A DNA stretch of 64,000 bases from an uncultured Acidimicrobiales bacterium (lineage in GTDB: Bacteria; Actinomycetota; Acidimicrobiia; Acidimicrobiales; SHLQ01). The DNA is taken from contig CALKGG010000023.1 in assembly GCA_938084885.1 (NCBI GenBank), positions 35,065 through 99,064 on the forward strand, given 5' to 3'. A program made the translations under genes and the position numbers. The notes under the pieces were generated by a model. The model was given only the letters and a program-made list of their open reading frames with translations, was not told the DNA's origin and made no database searches. Position 1 is the first letter of the stretch. Every line of letters begins with the position of its first letter. Shown one piece after another: positions 53,742 through 63,030 of this stretch.

Positions 53742-54812
53742 ATGCCTGTGGCAAGCACCTATGAGCTGCTCATGAACGAACGGTTCGTCGAGCAGCTCCA
53801 TCGCGGAATTGATTCTGCGACCGAGCGCGTGTTTATCCAGGTCATGACCTTCGATGGCGATGACGCTGGCCTCGGCGTCGAACAGCGCCTTATCGCTGCC
53901 GCCGAGCGTGGTGTCGACGTGCGGTTAACCGTCGATGTCTTCGCGTTTCGTTATGTGAGCGACACTCGTGCAACCAAGTCGGCAGTGGCAGGCGAGGTTG
54001 GCGAAACCCACGCCATGTTCGATCGTCTCGAGGCTGCGGGAATTCAGATCACCTACGTGGGCCCGTGGGGCCCGCTCCTCGTGTTCGGGCCTCTTCGTAA
54101 CCACAAGAAGATCTTTGTCGTCGATGACATGGTCTATCTCGGCGGCATCAATATCAGCGATCACAACTTTGACTGGCTCGACTTCATCGTCGGGATTGGC
54201 GACCCCGACATCGTTTCCGAGACGGTCGACGACTTTCACGCGACGCGGCGCGGCGAACGGGTGTCGCGCAGTACGGCCATCATCACGAACGAACGGATCG
54301 AGGAAACGTTCGACGAGATGATCAATTCGGCGGAGGAATCGATCGTCGTTGCATCGCCATATGCACTCGATCTTGATCTCGAACGCAAACTTGCCGCGGC
54401 TACTGCGCCATCGAAGACGGTCATCACACCGCAGCAAAGTAACTTTCCGATGTTTCAAAAGACCGACCCGTATATGCGTGAGCGCATCCTCCGTCACGAT
54501 GTCGAGCTTCGGACCTTCACCGATTTCTTCCACGCCAAGTTCTTGCTGGTGGACAACGAACGGCTCCTCGTTGGCTCATCGAACTTTGGGCGTCATAGCT
54601 TCCGGTGCAATCAGGAGATCTGCGTAGTCATTGACGATCGCTCCTTTATCGACGCGCTGTTGCAGGCACTCCCGGCCACCAAACCCATCGAGCATCGACC
54701 GTCACGGTTGCGGTATTGGCTTGGCTGCCTGGTCGAGGCGTACTTCTTTATTGGCACAAACCTGCTCGAAAGGATCGTGGTTCCGCGTGCGCCGGTTCTC
54801 ACGTCGCGCTGA
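53742..54812 (+). CDS. Phospholipase D / cardiolipin-synthase-like protein (two HKD motifs)
   Basis: HKKIFVVDDMVYLGGINISD and HAKFLLVDNERLLVGSSNFG. Confidence 0.85.
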   Translation: MPVASTYELLMNERFVEQLHRGIDSATERVFIQVMTFDGDDAGLGVEQRLIAAAERGVDVRLTVDVFAFRYVSDTRATKSAVAGEVGETHAMFDRLEAAGIQITYVGPWGPLLVFGPLRNHKKIFVVDDMVYLGGINISDHNFDWLDFIVGIGDPDIVSETVDDFHATRRGERVSRSTAIITNERIEETFDEMINSAEESIVVASPYALDLDLERKLAAATAPSKTVITPQQSNFPMFQKTDPYMRERILRHDVELRTFTDFFHAKFLLVDNERLLVGSSNFGRHSFRCNQEICVVIDDRSFIDALLQALPATKPIEHRPSRLRYWLGCLVEAYFFIGTNLLERIVVPRAPVLTSR

Positions 54813-55413
54813 ACTCGTACTCATCGGGGCGGCCTTTCTCATCAGCTCGATCGGGATCTGGATATTGGGCCGTGTCTTTGACTCGCCGGTGCTGTCGTTT
54901 TCTGGGTTGATGATCCTCGCGTCGACCTTTGTGCCGATGCCCGCCGATGCCTATGTGGTGCAAACAGCCGAGACGCTCGATCCGTTGACGGTTGCGGCCG
55001 TCGGCGGCGTCATCAACGCCTTCGCGGTCCTTGGCGAGCGACAGTTCATTATTCGGCTCATCGAGTACCGGGTGTTTGACCGAGTGACGCGGTTCATTGG
55101 AACGAACAAGTACCTCGGCATCGTCGACCGTCAGATGTTTCTTGGTCTGGCGCTCGCCGCGGCGTCGCCGGTGCCCTTTGAGGTCTTCCGCTTTATGGCG
55201 GTCACGAGAAACGTCAACCTCTACACCTACTTCTTTGCAACTCTGCTTGGCCGGGGAGGGCGCTTCTATGCGTTGGCGCTGGCGGGAGGCTGGTTTGCAG
55301 CGCAAGGGGTCTTGCAGATCGTCGTCGTGGTGTTGGTGGTGCTCTTCGTTGTTGGGCTCGGTCGTTCGTTGTTCAACCTCGGTCAACCACAGCCCGGGGA
55401 CGGTGCTGAGTAG
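54787..55413 (+). CDS. Small polytopic membrane protein (DedA/VTT-like?)
   Basis: About 208 aa, 5-6 TM. The GTG start at 54787 overlaps the PLD gene by 26 nt. The longer ORF (from 54631) lies inside the PLD coding region. Confidence 0.45.
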   Translation: MRRFSRRAELVLIGAAFLISSIGIWILGRVFDSPVLSFSGLMILASTFVPMPADAYVVQTAETLDPLTVAAVGGVINAFAVLGERQFIIRLIEYRVFDRVTRFIGTNKYLGIVDRQMFLGLALAAASPVPFEVFRFMAVTRNVNLYTYFFATLLGRGGRFYALALAGGWFAAQGVLQIVVVVLVVLFVVGLGRSLFNLGQPQPGDGAE

Positions 55414-55467
55414 TGAGGCTCGGCCGCTCAGAGAAACCTCGGGGCGTGAGTTACCCTTGAGGGTTCT

Positions 55468-56703
55468 ATGCAGCGCACATCCCCCCGACGTCGTCTGCGC
55501 TGGCATGGTTGGCCATATGCGCGCACGGTCGCTGTCATCTTCACGATTGGGTTGATTGCGTCCGCGTGCGGCACACCAACCGCCGACGACGCGTTGGCGA
55601 GCAGCAATCAAGCCCCCACAACCTCGCCACCACCGACCACGACCACAACCACGACCACAACGACGACGGTCGCTCCGACGACCACGACGGCGGCTCCAAC
55701 GCCGAGTGAATGCGCGGCGCGCGTGCCCCTCGAACAACAAATTGGCCAGCTGATGTTCCCGGTCATTGTCCAAACCGAGTTCGAAACCGCCGCAGAGCTC
55801 GCCAGCGACGGCCTGCTCGGTGGGGTTGTGGTCCTCGGAAACCCATCGGCATCGATCGCCGACGATATTGCCCGTTATCAACAGGCATCTCTCCTTGGGC
55901 CAGGCGTTATCGCGGTCGACGAAGAGGGCGGTCGTGTTCAACGGCTGTCTTCGTTGACCACGGCGTTGCCAAGCGCCGGAACCGTCGGCTCTACGTTTTC
56001 GCTCGATGAGGCGGCCCAACTCGCCGAAGATCATGCCCGTGCGATCGGTGAACTGGGGTTCACGATGAATCTTGCACCCGTTGTCGACCTCGACAACGGC
56101 GGATTCATTGGCGATCGAGCATTTGGCGAGGATCCCGAACAGGTCGTCGATTTCGCGTTCGCGACCGCCGACGGCATTCTCGCTGCGGGTCTGGATCCGG
56201 TGATCAAACACTTCCCGGGACACGGCCGGGGCCTCGATAGTCACACCGGTCTTCCGACAATCCCGGGCGTCGAAACGCTGCGTGAGACCGATCTTGTGCC
56301 GTTCGTCGAAGCCGCAGAGCGAGGCGATCTACCAATTATGGTTGGGCACCTCGTCGTTGAGGGCCTCACAAACGGTCAGCCAGCATCGATCTCTCCAGCC
56401 GCCATCGATGGTTTGCTCCGCACCGATATTGGATTCGATGGTCTGGTGATGACCGATGCGCTCAACATGGACGCAATCGCCAACGATTTGAACAACGCCG
56501 AAGCAGCTGAGCTATCACTCGCGGCCGGGGTCGATCTCATCATGCTCGGTTCGGTTGCTGACACGGCGTTGACCATCGAGCGAATCGTCGAGGCGGTCGA
56601 GAACGGACGAATCAGCAATGCGTCGATCACGGCGTCGTTCCTTCGGGTGATGGAAACCCGTGGTCTGGCGGTCTGCGGATCGATCCCGGCCGACGATCAG
56701 TAG
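55468..56703 (+). CDS. Glycoside hydrolase family 3 N-terminal-domain lipoprotein (NagZ-like beta-N-acetylhexosaminidase)
   Basis: Lipobox LIASACG, poly-Thr linker, and the VIAVDEEGGRVQRL, KHFPGHG and GLVMTDAL motifs. Confidence 0.8.
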   Translation: MQRTSPRRRLRWHGWPYARTVAVIFTIGLIASACGTPTADDALASSNQAPTTSPPPTTTTTTTTTTTVAPTTTTAAPTPSECAARVPLEQQIGQLMFPVIVQTEFETAAELASDGLLGGVVVLGNPSASIADDIARYQQASLLGPGVIAVDEEGGRVQRLSSLTTALPSAGTVGSTFSLDEAAQLAEDHARAIGELGFTMNLAPVVDLDNGGFIGDRAFGEDPEQVVDFAFATADGILAAGLDPVIKHFPGHGRGLDSHTGLPTIPGVETLRETDLVPFVEAAERGDLPIMVGHLVVEGLTNGQPASISPAAIDGLLRTDIGFDGLVMTDALNMDAIANDLNNAEAAELSLAAGVDLIMLGSVADTALTIERIVEAVENGRISNASITASFLRVMETRGLAVCGSIPADDQ

Positions 56704-56904
56704 CGGCTGTTCTTCGCGCGAGCTCCAAGCACAGTGGTTTGTCGCTGATCGAGAGAAGACCAATCCTCGTAACGGTTGCGAGCCGAGCATTCTCGTTGCT
56801 GGGCCAAATGACTCGACGTTGTCGACTTTCTTAACTCTGTACCAAGTCGTGCCGATTAGAACCGTACATCCGGCGGAAACGATCAGGAAAGACTGGAGCG
56901 TCCC

Positions 56905-57858
56905 GTGCGCAAAAACTACAAAAAGACCTCAGCTACACTTCTTGGGTTCACGATGTTGCTGGCAGCATGCTCGGGAGATGGTGGAGCCCCTGAAGCCCTC
57001 GCATTCCAAGATGATTCGAGCGGCGGAACTGGCGCGGTTACCGTCAACCGCCCGGTAGGCAACCCGTGCTCGTCGAACGAGTTCTCGGTCGCATTCGACC
57101 AGAGCGTTTTGCTTCTCGATCCGGCGCCGGCGACCGCTGGCCCATTCTCAGTCGACGTTCCTGCGGGAACCTACGACATTGTTGTTTCTACCTGGTTTGG
57201 TTTCGAGGACGATCCTTCCCAGACGATGGAACAGTGGTTCTTCACCACTGATTCGGGGTACACCTCGCCAACGACTGACGATCCAAGCATCGAGCTTCTC
57301 TGGAACCAAGAGTTCCAGGGCCAGACCATTGGTGACACCACGTCGGTGACGTTGCACCACAAGGCACCTGGTATGGCGTCGGCAAACTCGGTGCATCCGC
57401 TTTGCATTGGATTCCGCTCGGTAGCTGTGCCTGAGGAGACCACCACCACAACGGCGGCTCCAGAGACCACTGAAGCACCGGTTGTGACCGAAGCTCCTGA
57501 GACCACTGAAGCTCCGGTTGTCACCGAGGCTCCTGAGACCACTGAAGCACCGGTTGTGACCGAGGCTCCTGAGGAGACCGCCACGACGACCTCTGAACCA
57601 CAAGACGCTGAGGTTGCAGGCCCAACAACGACCACGACGGTCGCTGAGCAAGCCGAGACCGCAGGAGTCGCTGCGCAGGCTTCCGAAACCACGACGACCT
57701 CGACGACCACGACGGTTACCGCTAGCGCAACCGCAGCACCGGAGCTTGCGCTCACTGGTCCATCAGAACTGGCAACGTCGCTTGGACTTACCGGTGCAGC
57801 ACTCGTGCTCGCTGGTAGCGCCGCAGTCGTCGCAGCCCGACGGAGCGAAGACGACTAG
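56905..57858 (+). CDS. Cell-surface protein with N-terminal lipobox-like signal and C-terminal LAxTG sorting signal
   Basis: LLAACSG at the N-terminus. LALTG plus a hydrophobic stretch plus RRSEDD at the C-terminus. Three APETTEAPVVTE repeats. Confidence 0.75.
   Translation: MRKNYKKTSATLLGFTMLLAACSGDGGAPEALAFQDDSSGGTGAVTVNRPVGNPCSSNEFSVAFDQSVLLLDPAPATAGPFSVDVPAGTYDIVVSTWFGFEDDPSQTMEQWFFTTDSGYTSPTTDDPSIELLWNQEFQGQTIGDTTSVTLHHKAPGMASANSVHPLCIGFRSVAVPEETTTTTAAPETTEAPVVTEAPETTEAPVVTEAPETTEAPVVTEAPEETATTTSEPQDAEVAGPTTTTTVAEQAETAGVAAQASETTTTSTTTTVTASATAAPELALTGPSELATSLGLTGAALVLAGSAAVVAARRSEDD
57457..57564. repeat. Three tandem 36-bp repeats inside the surface-protein gene
   Basis: GCTCC(A/T)GAGACCACTGAAGC(A/T)CCGGTTGT(G/C)ACCGA(A/G) x3, plus a partial fourth copy. 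In-frame. Confidence 0.9.
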
Positions 57859-57936
57859 AACTAGCGAGAACTTCCGCCCATAAACAGCACATGATGTGCC
57901 GATAACGGTTGGCAGTGGACAGATCAGAAAATGGCA

Positions 57937-57974
57937 AGCGAGCGGCGTCCTGGACGCCGCTCGCTGTCGTTTTC
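57937..57974 (+). terminator. Rho-independent terminator candidate
   Basis: AGCGAGCGGCGTCC / GGACGCCGCTCGCT arms (14 nt each, 1 nt between) followed by GTCGTTTTC. Lies 79 nt after the surface-protein stop. Confidence 0.7.
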
Positions 57975-58047
57975 GGCGCGACTATTGCCCTTGCGGAGTG
58001 GCGATGGCGCTGGTACCAATTGTGTACCCCGCAACCAGGAGTTCACG

Positions 58048-58680
58048 ATGTCCCACCCCCAACGGCAAACACACAAGATTCGCGCGGCCTTCATTGCAGG
58101 CGTCGTCCTCGCAGGAGGCTCGGTCGTTGCTGTCTCAGGCTCAGCCGGAGCGCAAGCTGTCGACCTTTGTAACGGCGAGCCCGTCACCCTCTATGCAAGC
58201 CCCGGTGTCCCACTCATGGGCACCGAGGGTGACGATGTCATCTTTGGGACCCTCGGAGCGGACATCATTAACAGTGGCGGCGGAAACGACATGATCTGCG
58301 CGTTCGCCGGCGACGATGTGCTGCGGGGCGGGCCGGGCGATGACTGGATCAACGGTGCTGCGGGCGGCGACCGGATCTACGGCAACGGCGGCGACGATGA
58401 GCTCTTCGGAAGCGACGGCTCCGACGTCATCTTTGGCGGGACCGGCTTCGACGGGTTGAACGGCGGTCTTGGAAAGGACCGGCTCTTGGGCGGCAAGAAC
58501 AACGACGTGTTGATCGGCGGAAAGGGAGACGATTTCCTCCACGGCGGACGAGGAAACGACAACCTCACCGGCAGCGGCGGAAACGACGAGCTTCGTGGCT
58601 CGCTCGGCTCCCGCGACGTGTGCTCCGACAGAAGCCCGAGCGGCACGATCACCGCTGGATGCGAGCTCGAAAACATCTAG
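58048..58680 (+). CDS. Secreted RTX-like (hemolysin-type calcium-binding repeat) protein
   Basis: 210 aa. Signal peptide ending AGAQA, then about 14 consecutive nonapeptides of GGxGxDxUx type (e.g. [27 protein letters not shown]). AGGAG SD ahead of the ATG. Confidence 0.8.
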   Translation: MSHPQRQTHKIRAAFIAGVVLAGGSVVAVSGSAGAQAVDLCNGEPVTLYASPGVPLMGTEGDDVIFGTLGADIINSGGGNDMICAFAGDDVLRGGPGDDWINGAAGGDRIYGNGGDDELFGSDGSDVIFGGTGFDGLNGGLGKDRLLGGKNNDVLIGGKGDDFLHGGRGNDNLTGSGGNDELRGSLGSRDVCSDRSPSGTITAGCELENI

Positions 58681-58716
58681 ATAGCAACGCGTTCGATAGC
58701 GCAAACCTCGTCACTC

Positions 58717-58769
58717 AAGATCCAGACTTCAGCCGCTGGCGCGGTTGGGGTCTGGATCTTGTACATTTT
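58717..58769 (+). terminator. Possible terminator / long-loop hairpin
   Basis: AAGATCCAGAC (58717-27) pairs with GTCTGGATCTT (58750-60), followed by GTACATTTTG. The loop is long (22 nt), so this is weaker than a canonical terminator. Confidence 0.35.
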
Positions 58770-58781
58770 GATGCTGTACCC

Positions 58782-58854
58782 GGGCCGCTAGCTCATCGGG
58801 TAGAGCAGGGGACTTTTAATCCCAAGGTGCCGGGTTCGAGCCCCGGGCGGCCTA
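58782..58854 (+). tRNA. tRNA-Lys (anticodon UUU)
   Basis: Acceptor GGGCCGC/GCGGCCT, D arm GCTC-ATCGGGTA-GAGC, anticodon loop CTTTTAA, T arm CCGGG-TTCGAGC-CCCGG. 73 nt, with one 27:43 mismatch. Confidence 0.88.
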
Positions 58855-58988
58855 CAACCAACATGTTGACACGTGAGGTCACCACCTGTGTTCTGTCGGC
58901 GTCCGATCGTCGAGTGCAACGTGTTGGAACGAATCGTTCCTCCGAGCGTTGCATCGTCTGCTCGAGAGCATGGCTCGACACAGTGGGG

Positions 58989-59468
58989 CTACGGGCGCGA
59001 GGGGCGCCGTCGTGAGGTGTGAAGGTGCGCTTTGGCCGCGCCCCAAGTGATTCCCGCCGACTGAACGTCCGGGCCGAGGTCCATAAACGAAATCGGGCCG
59101 AGCGAATAGATATCGTCGGGCTGCATCTGTTCGTCGTACGGGTCGCGTGGAGGTCGTGCGACGCCATGATCGGCAAGCACCGGGCCGATCGATGCAACCG
59201 CCCGACGAATCTGTTCAAGCGGACCGCTGAGCGGACGGTCGACGTCAGCTTCGATCAGTACGGTCAGGTTGGCCCATGCGTCCTCGGCAACCACCTCGAT
59301 TGCGTTGGTCAACGCATTGGTAAGCGGGTCGCCATGGAGCGCCAAGACCAACTGCGTCAACCACGGGCGGATTGCCTTGTCGACACTGGCGCGTAGCGCC
59401 CGGCCGTAGCCGAGATATTTCTCTTCGTCCGATGGCTCAGCCGAGCTCTCACCTGGAGGATTACTCAC
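58989..59468 (-). CDS. Hypothetical protein
   Basis: 159-aa ORF with coding-like composition and no competing annotated ORF. No motif recognised. Confidence 0.5.
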   Translation of the reverse strand: MSNPPGESSAEPSDEEKYLGYGRALRASVDKAIRPWLTQLVLALHGDPLTNALTNAIEVVAEDAWANLTVLIEADVDRPLSGPLEQIRRAVASIGPVLADHGVARPPRDPYDEQMQPDDIYSLGPISFMDLGPDVQSAGITWGAAKAHLHTSRRRPSRP

Positions 59469-59512
59469 GAAACAGTCCGTCCTTCGCCGCGCTAGACGTT
59501 CAAGCTATCCGT

Positions 59513-60004
59513 ATGCGTCCCGAGCGAATCGAACCCGGCCCCGGTCAAGAATCTGTGTGGGACTACCCGCGTCCGCCACGGCTCGAACCCACCAACGCAC
59601 ATATCGTTGTCAAAGCCGGCGACCATGTCATTGCCGACTCGACGAACGCCCTCAGAATTCTTGAGACGTCGCAACCGCCGGCGTTTTACATTCCAACGAC
59701 CAACGTCGACATGGACGCCCTCACACCATCGCTGGCGCGAACGTTTTGTGAATGGAAAGGCGAGGCCAGCTACTTTGACCTCGCCGTAGGAGAGCAGACA
59801 ATCACCCAGGTGGCATGGTGCTACAACCACCCAACCCCGCGGTTCGCACAAGTCGTCGACCACCTCGCGTTCTATGCGCAAAAGCTCACCTGCAGCGTCG
59901 ACGGCGAAGTCGTCGACCCCAACGACGGCAGCTTCTATGGCGGTTGGATCACCTCCACAGTTGTCGGCCCGTTCAAAGGCGGCGCCGGTAGCCAGTGGTG
60001 GTGA
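59513..60004 (+). CDS. DUF427 domain-containing protein
   Basis: ESVWDYPRPP...TFCEWKGEASYFDL...AWCY..P is the DUF427 pattern. The ATG at 59513 is preferred over the longer ORF. Confidence 0.7.
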   Translation: MRPERIEPGPGQESVWDYPRPPRLEPTNAHIVVKAGDHVIADSTNALRILETSQPPAFYIPTTNVDMDALTPSLARTFCEWKGEASYFDLAVGEQTITQVAWCYNHPTPRFAQVVDHLAFYAQKLTCSVDGEVVDPNDGSFYGGWITSTVVGPFKGGAGSQWW

Positions 60005-60038
60005 GGTCCCCGGCGCGCCGATCGGCTTAACTTGTCCT

Positions 60039-62324
60039 GTGGAGCTTCAGCGAAATGACCTGCTAACGGACACAACACTGCTCGGAAGCGCCTTTACCAA
60101 GGCGTACACCACACGGGTCGACGAGTGGATTCGGGCGATCGTGGCGGAGCTACCAGTGCCGCCCGGCGCAGCGCTCGTGGCGATGGGTGGATACGGGCGG
60201 GGCGAACTCGCTCCACAAAGCGACCTCGACATTGCGCTCGTACACACCGTCGATGCCGAAATCACCGAGTTCGCCGAAAAGATTTGGTACCCGATCTGGG
60301 ATGCCGGCATCAAGCTCGGTCACCGGGTCGACACGATCGATGGGCTGCTAAAAATTGCGCGCACCGACCTTGAGACTGCAACCGCGTTGCTCTCGGTTCG
60401 CTACCTCGGTGGCGATGAACCACTCGCGCTCGACCTCGCCGTTGCGGCGAGCGACCAATGGCGCCACAACCCCGCGGAGAACGCTGCGCTCCTAGGTGAG
60501 CGAGTCGATCGTATGCACCGCGAACATGGAGAGGTTGCGTTCAGCCTCGGACCCGACCTAAAGAGCGGCCGCGGCGGCATGCGAGATGTGCACTCGTTGG
60601 ACTGGGCTCGGGCCACGGGCGTGCTCGTCGACGAGTCGAACAATGTCTCGCTCGAGGACGCCTACGAGACGATCCTTCGGGCTCGCGTCGAGCTACACCG
60701 GCGATCGAATCGGCCAGGCGATCGGCTTGTTCTCGAGATTCAAGACGATGTCGCAGTTGCGCTCGGCTATCGCAATGCCGACCCAATGATGGCCGACATT
60801 GCGCGCGCTGCCCGAACAATCGCGTGGGTAAGCGATGCTGCGTGGTTCTGGGTTGGTCGATCCAGCGATACGCACCGTCGAGCAACAGACACCGAACGCT
60901 TCTCAAACGGGATCGTGATCGAGTCCGGTCTGCTCTCGCTTTCGAGCGAGGCCAATCTCGACGACCCAATGCTTATCTTGGACGTTGCCCATGGGGCCGC
61001 GAGTTATGACTGCTTTGTTGATCAAGCGTCGCTCGAGCGGCTCGCTGCTTCGTCGGCCCGCTTCCCCGATCCGTGGTCAGACGAACAACGTCGTCGATTC
61101 ACCGATGTGCTTCGCCTCGGTCGCAGCGCCGTGACCGCGCTCGAAGCGCTCGACCAAGTCGGACTCATGAGCCGCATCTTGCCCGAATGGGAACCGAACC
61201 GAAGCAGACCTCAGCGCAATGAGTATCACCGGTTCACCGTCGACCGTCACCTTCTCGAAGCGGCCGCCGAAGCGTCCACGCGAACCGATCGGGTCGACAG
61301 GGACGACCTTCTGGTTCTTGGAGCACTGCTTCACGATATTGGCAAGGGATATCCTGGCGATCACACCGATGTCGGCGTCGAACTCATCGAGACCATCGCT
61401 GGCCGAATGGGCTACTCCGAACGTGATCAATCGTTGCTCATCGATATGTGTCGACATCACCTGCTCCTTCCCGATGTCGCGACGCGCCGTGACCTCGACG
61501 ACGACGGCACAATCGCGCTCGTCGCCGACGCTCTCGGCGACACCGAGCTCTTGCATCTGCTCGGCGCGCTGACCGAGGCCGACTCGATTGCGACGGGGCC
61601 ATCGGCGTGGAACGCGTCGAAGGCCACCTTGGTTCGGACGCTCGTCGATCGAGTCCATCACGTGTTGAAGGGAGCAACTCCCGAAGATGTAGTCGGCGAG
61701 GGCTTCCCCGGAGCGAACGAACGAGCGCTCATTACCAAGGCCGTCGAAGAACAGAACGGGTTTCTGATCGACTTGTCAGCCACAACGGTCACGGTCGTGC
61801 AAGATGACCGACCCGGTGCCTTCAGTCGGATCGCCGGGGTCCTCACGCTCAACGGTCTCGACATTGTCTCGGCTGCAGCGCACACCGAGGATGGAGTTGC
61901 ACTCAGCCAGTTCATTGTCCACCACGATCAATACGACGCGGCGAGAGTAGAAAAGCAGTTGCTGCTCGGCACTGCCGGCCGCCTCGCGCTCGAGGCACGC
62001 GTTGGCGAACGCCGAGACACCTATGCCCGTTCGATCAAGCGAACGTCCGCCAAGGTCGTCGCGCCCTCGGTTACGTTCGACAATCGGTCATCGCAGAATG
62101 CCACCGTCATCGAGGTCAACTGTCGCGACCAGGTCGGGCTGCTCTACCGAATCTCCCAAGCAATGTCGGAGATGGGGATAGAGATCTTGACCGCTCGGAT
62201 CCAGACGATCGGCGACGCGATCATCGACGCGTTCTATGTGACGTACGAGAGCGAGAAGATCCTCGATTCGCAGTTCCTCGTCGAGATCGAACGCGCCGTC
62301 TTATTTGCCATCGAGAAGAAGTAG
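60039..62324 (+). CDS. glnD: [Protein-PII] uridylyl/adenylyl-transferase
   Basis: NTase motif GGYGRGELAPQSDLDIALV, HD domain LLHDIGKG, and two C-terminal ACT-like domains. Start set at GTG 60039, after the DUF427 stop. Confidence 0.88.
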   Translation: MELQRNDLLTDTTLLGSAFTKAYTTRVDEWIRAIVAELPVPPGAALVAMGGYGRGELAPQSDLDIALVHTVDAEITEFAEKIWYPIWDAGIKLGHRVDTIDGLLKIARTDLETATALLSVRYLGGDEPLALDLAVAASDQWRHNPAENAALLGERVDRMHREHGEVAFSLGPDLKSGRGGMRDVHSLDWARATGVLVDESNNVSLEDAYETILRARVELHRRSNRPGDRLVLEIQDDVAVALGYRNADPMMADIARAARTIAWVSDAAWFWVGRSSDTHRRATDTERFSNGIVIESGLLSLSSEANLDDPMLILDVAHGAASYDCFVDQASLERLAASSARFPDPWSDEQRRRFTDVLRLGRSAVTALEALDQVGLMSRILPEWEPNRSRPQRNEYHRFTVDRHLLEAAAEASTRTDRVDRDDLLVLGALLHDIGKGYPGDHTDVGVELIETIAGRMGYSERDQSLLIDMCRHHLLLPDVATRRDLDDDGTIALVADALGDTELLHLLGALTEADSIATGPSAWNASKATLVRTLVDRVHHVLKGATPEDVVGEGFPGANERALITKAVEEQNGFLIDLSATTVTVVQDDRPGAFSRIAGVLTLNGLDIVSAAAHTEDGVALSQFIVHHDQYDAARVEKQLLLGTAGRLALEARVGERRDTYARSIKRTSAKVVAPSVTFDNRSSQNATVIEVNCRDQVGLLYRISQAMSEMGIEILTARIQTIGDAIIDAFYVTYESEKILDSQFLVEIERAVLFAIEKK

Positions 62325-62337
62325 GGTTCCCACGGAC

Positions 62338-63030
62338 ATGGCCGATTCACAATCCATCACCGAACAAGACGTGCTCCGGTGGTCAGAGATGTTGTCGGCG
62401 CTGGCACGAACCGGCCTGGCCTTCACTGAGTCGCTCTATGAACGGGAACGGTACGAAGAGATCCTCCTCGTCGCAGCCGAGATCCACGCAACATCGTCGC
62501 TGCCCATCGAAATAGACACTCTCGTCGACGAATGGACAAAAACCATTGGACACGGCGTCCCGGGCTATGTCACGCCAAAGAACACGGTCGCGGCGATCGT
62601 CGGCAACGAGAAGAACGAATTGCTGCTCGTGCAACGTGCCGATTCCGGCTACTGGCTATATCCCACAGGTTGGGCCGACGTGGGCTACTCGCCAGCGGAG
62701 GTTGCCGTCAAAGAAGTGTGGGAAGAGACCGGAATCAAGACCGAGGTTGTTCGACTGCTCGGAGTGTACGACGGCATGCGTTTGGGGTTCACCCGAATCC
62801 CGATGTACAGCACCGTCTTTCAGCTTCGCGTCATCGGCGGCGAACTCAACCCGCATCCACTCGAATGCAGCGACGTTGGGTTCTTCGCCGAGGACTCGCT
62901 GCCTGAGCCATTGATCGGCGTTGATCGGTGGGTGCCACGAGCCTTTGCCGCGATCAGAGGCGACGACCTGTCGGTAGAATTCGACGGCGTGCGAGTAGCC
63001 CCCTGGGAGAACGACGATGTCAGCGACTGA
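62338..63030 (+). CDS. NUDIX hydrolase with N-terminal Nudix_N_2-type helical domain
   Basis: N-terminal WSEMLSALARTGLAFTESLYERERYEEI and Nudix box GWADVGYSPAEVAVKEVWEETG. Confidence 0.8.
   Translation: MADSQSITEQDVLRWSEMLSALARTGLAFTESLYERERYEEILLVAAEIHATSSLPIEIDTLVDEWTKTIGHGVPGYVTPKNTVAAIVGNEKNELLLVQRADSGYWLYPTGWADVGYSPAEVAVKEVWEETGIKTEVVRLLGVYDGMRLGFTRIPMYSTVFQLRVIGGELNPHPLECSDVGFFAEDSLPEPLIGVDRWVPRAFAAIRGDDLSVEFDGVRVAPWENDDVSD

Noticed and set aside
54799-56244. 481-aa minus-strand ORF spanning the membrane-protein and GH3 genes.
   Set aside because: Arg/Gly/Asp-rich with runs such as RRRGRRSDRRRCGRGCGRGRWWRG. It is antisense to two ORFs with a lipobox and GH3 motifs.
57457-57564. Tandem repeats (here, and at 64-154 and 11110-11169) considered as possible CRISPR arrays.
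   Set aside because: The units are contiguous without unique spacers, two of the three are in-frame within coding sequence, and no cas genes are present.
57931-58047. Longer 249-aa version of the RTX-like ORF starting at 57931.
   Set aside because: The extension contains the strong terminator hairpin (57937-57974). The ATG at 58048 has an AGGAG SD and is followed by a proper signal peptide.
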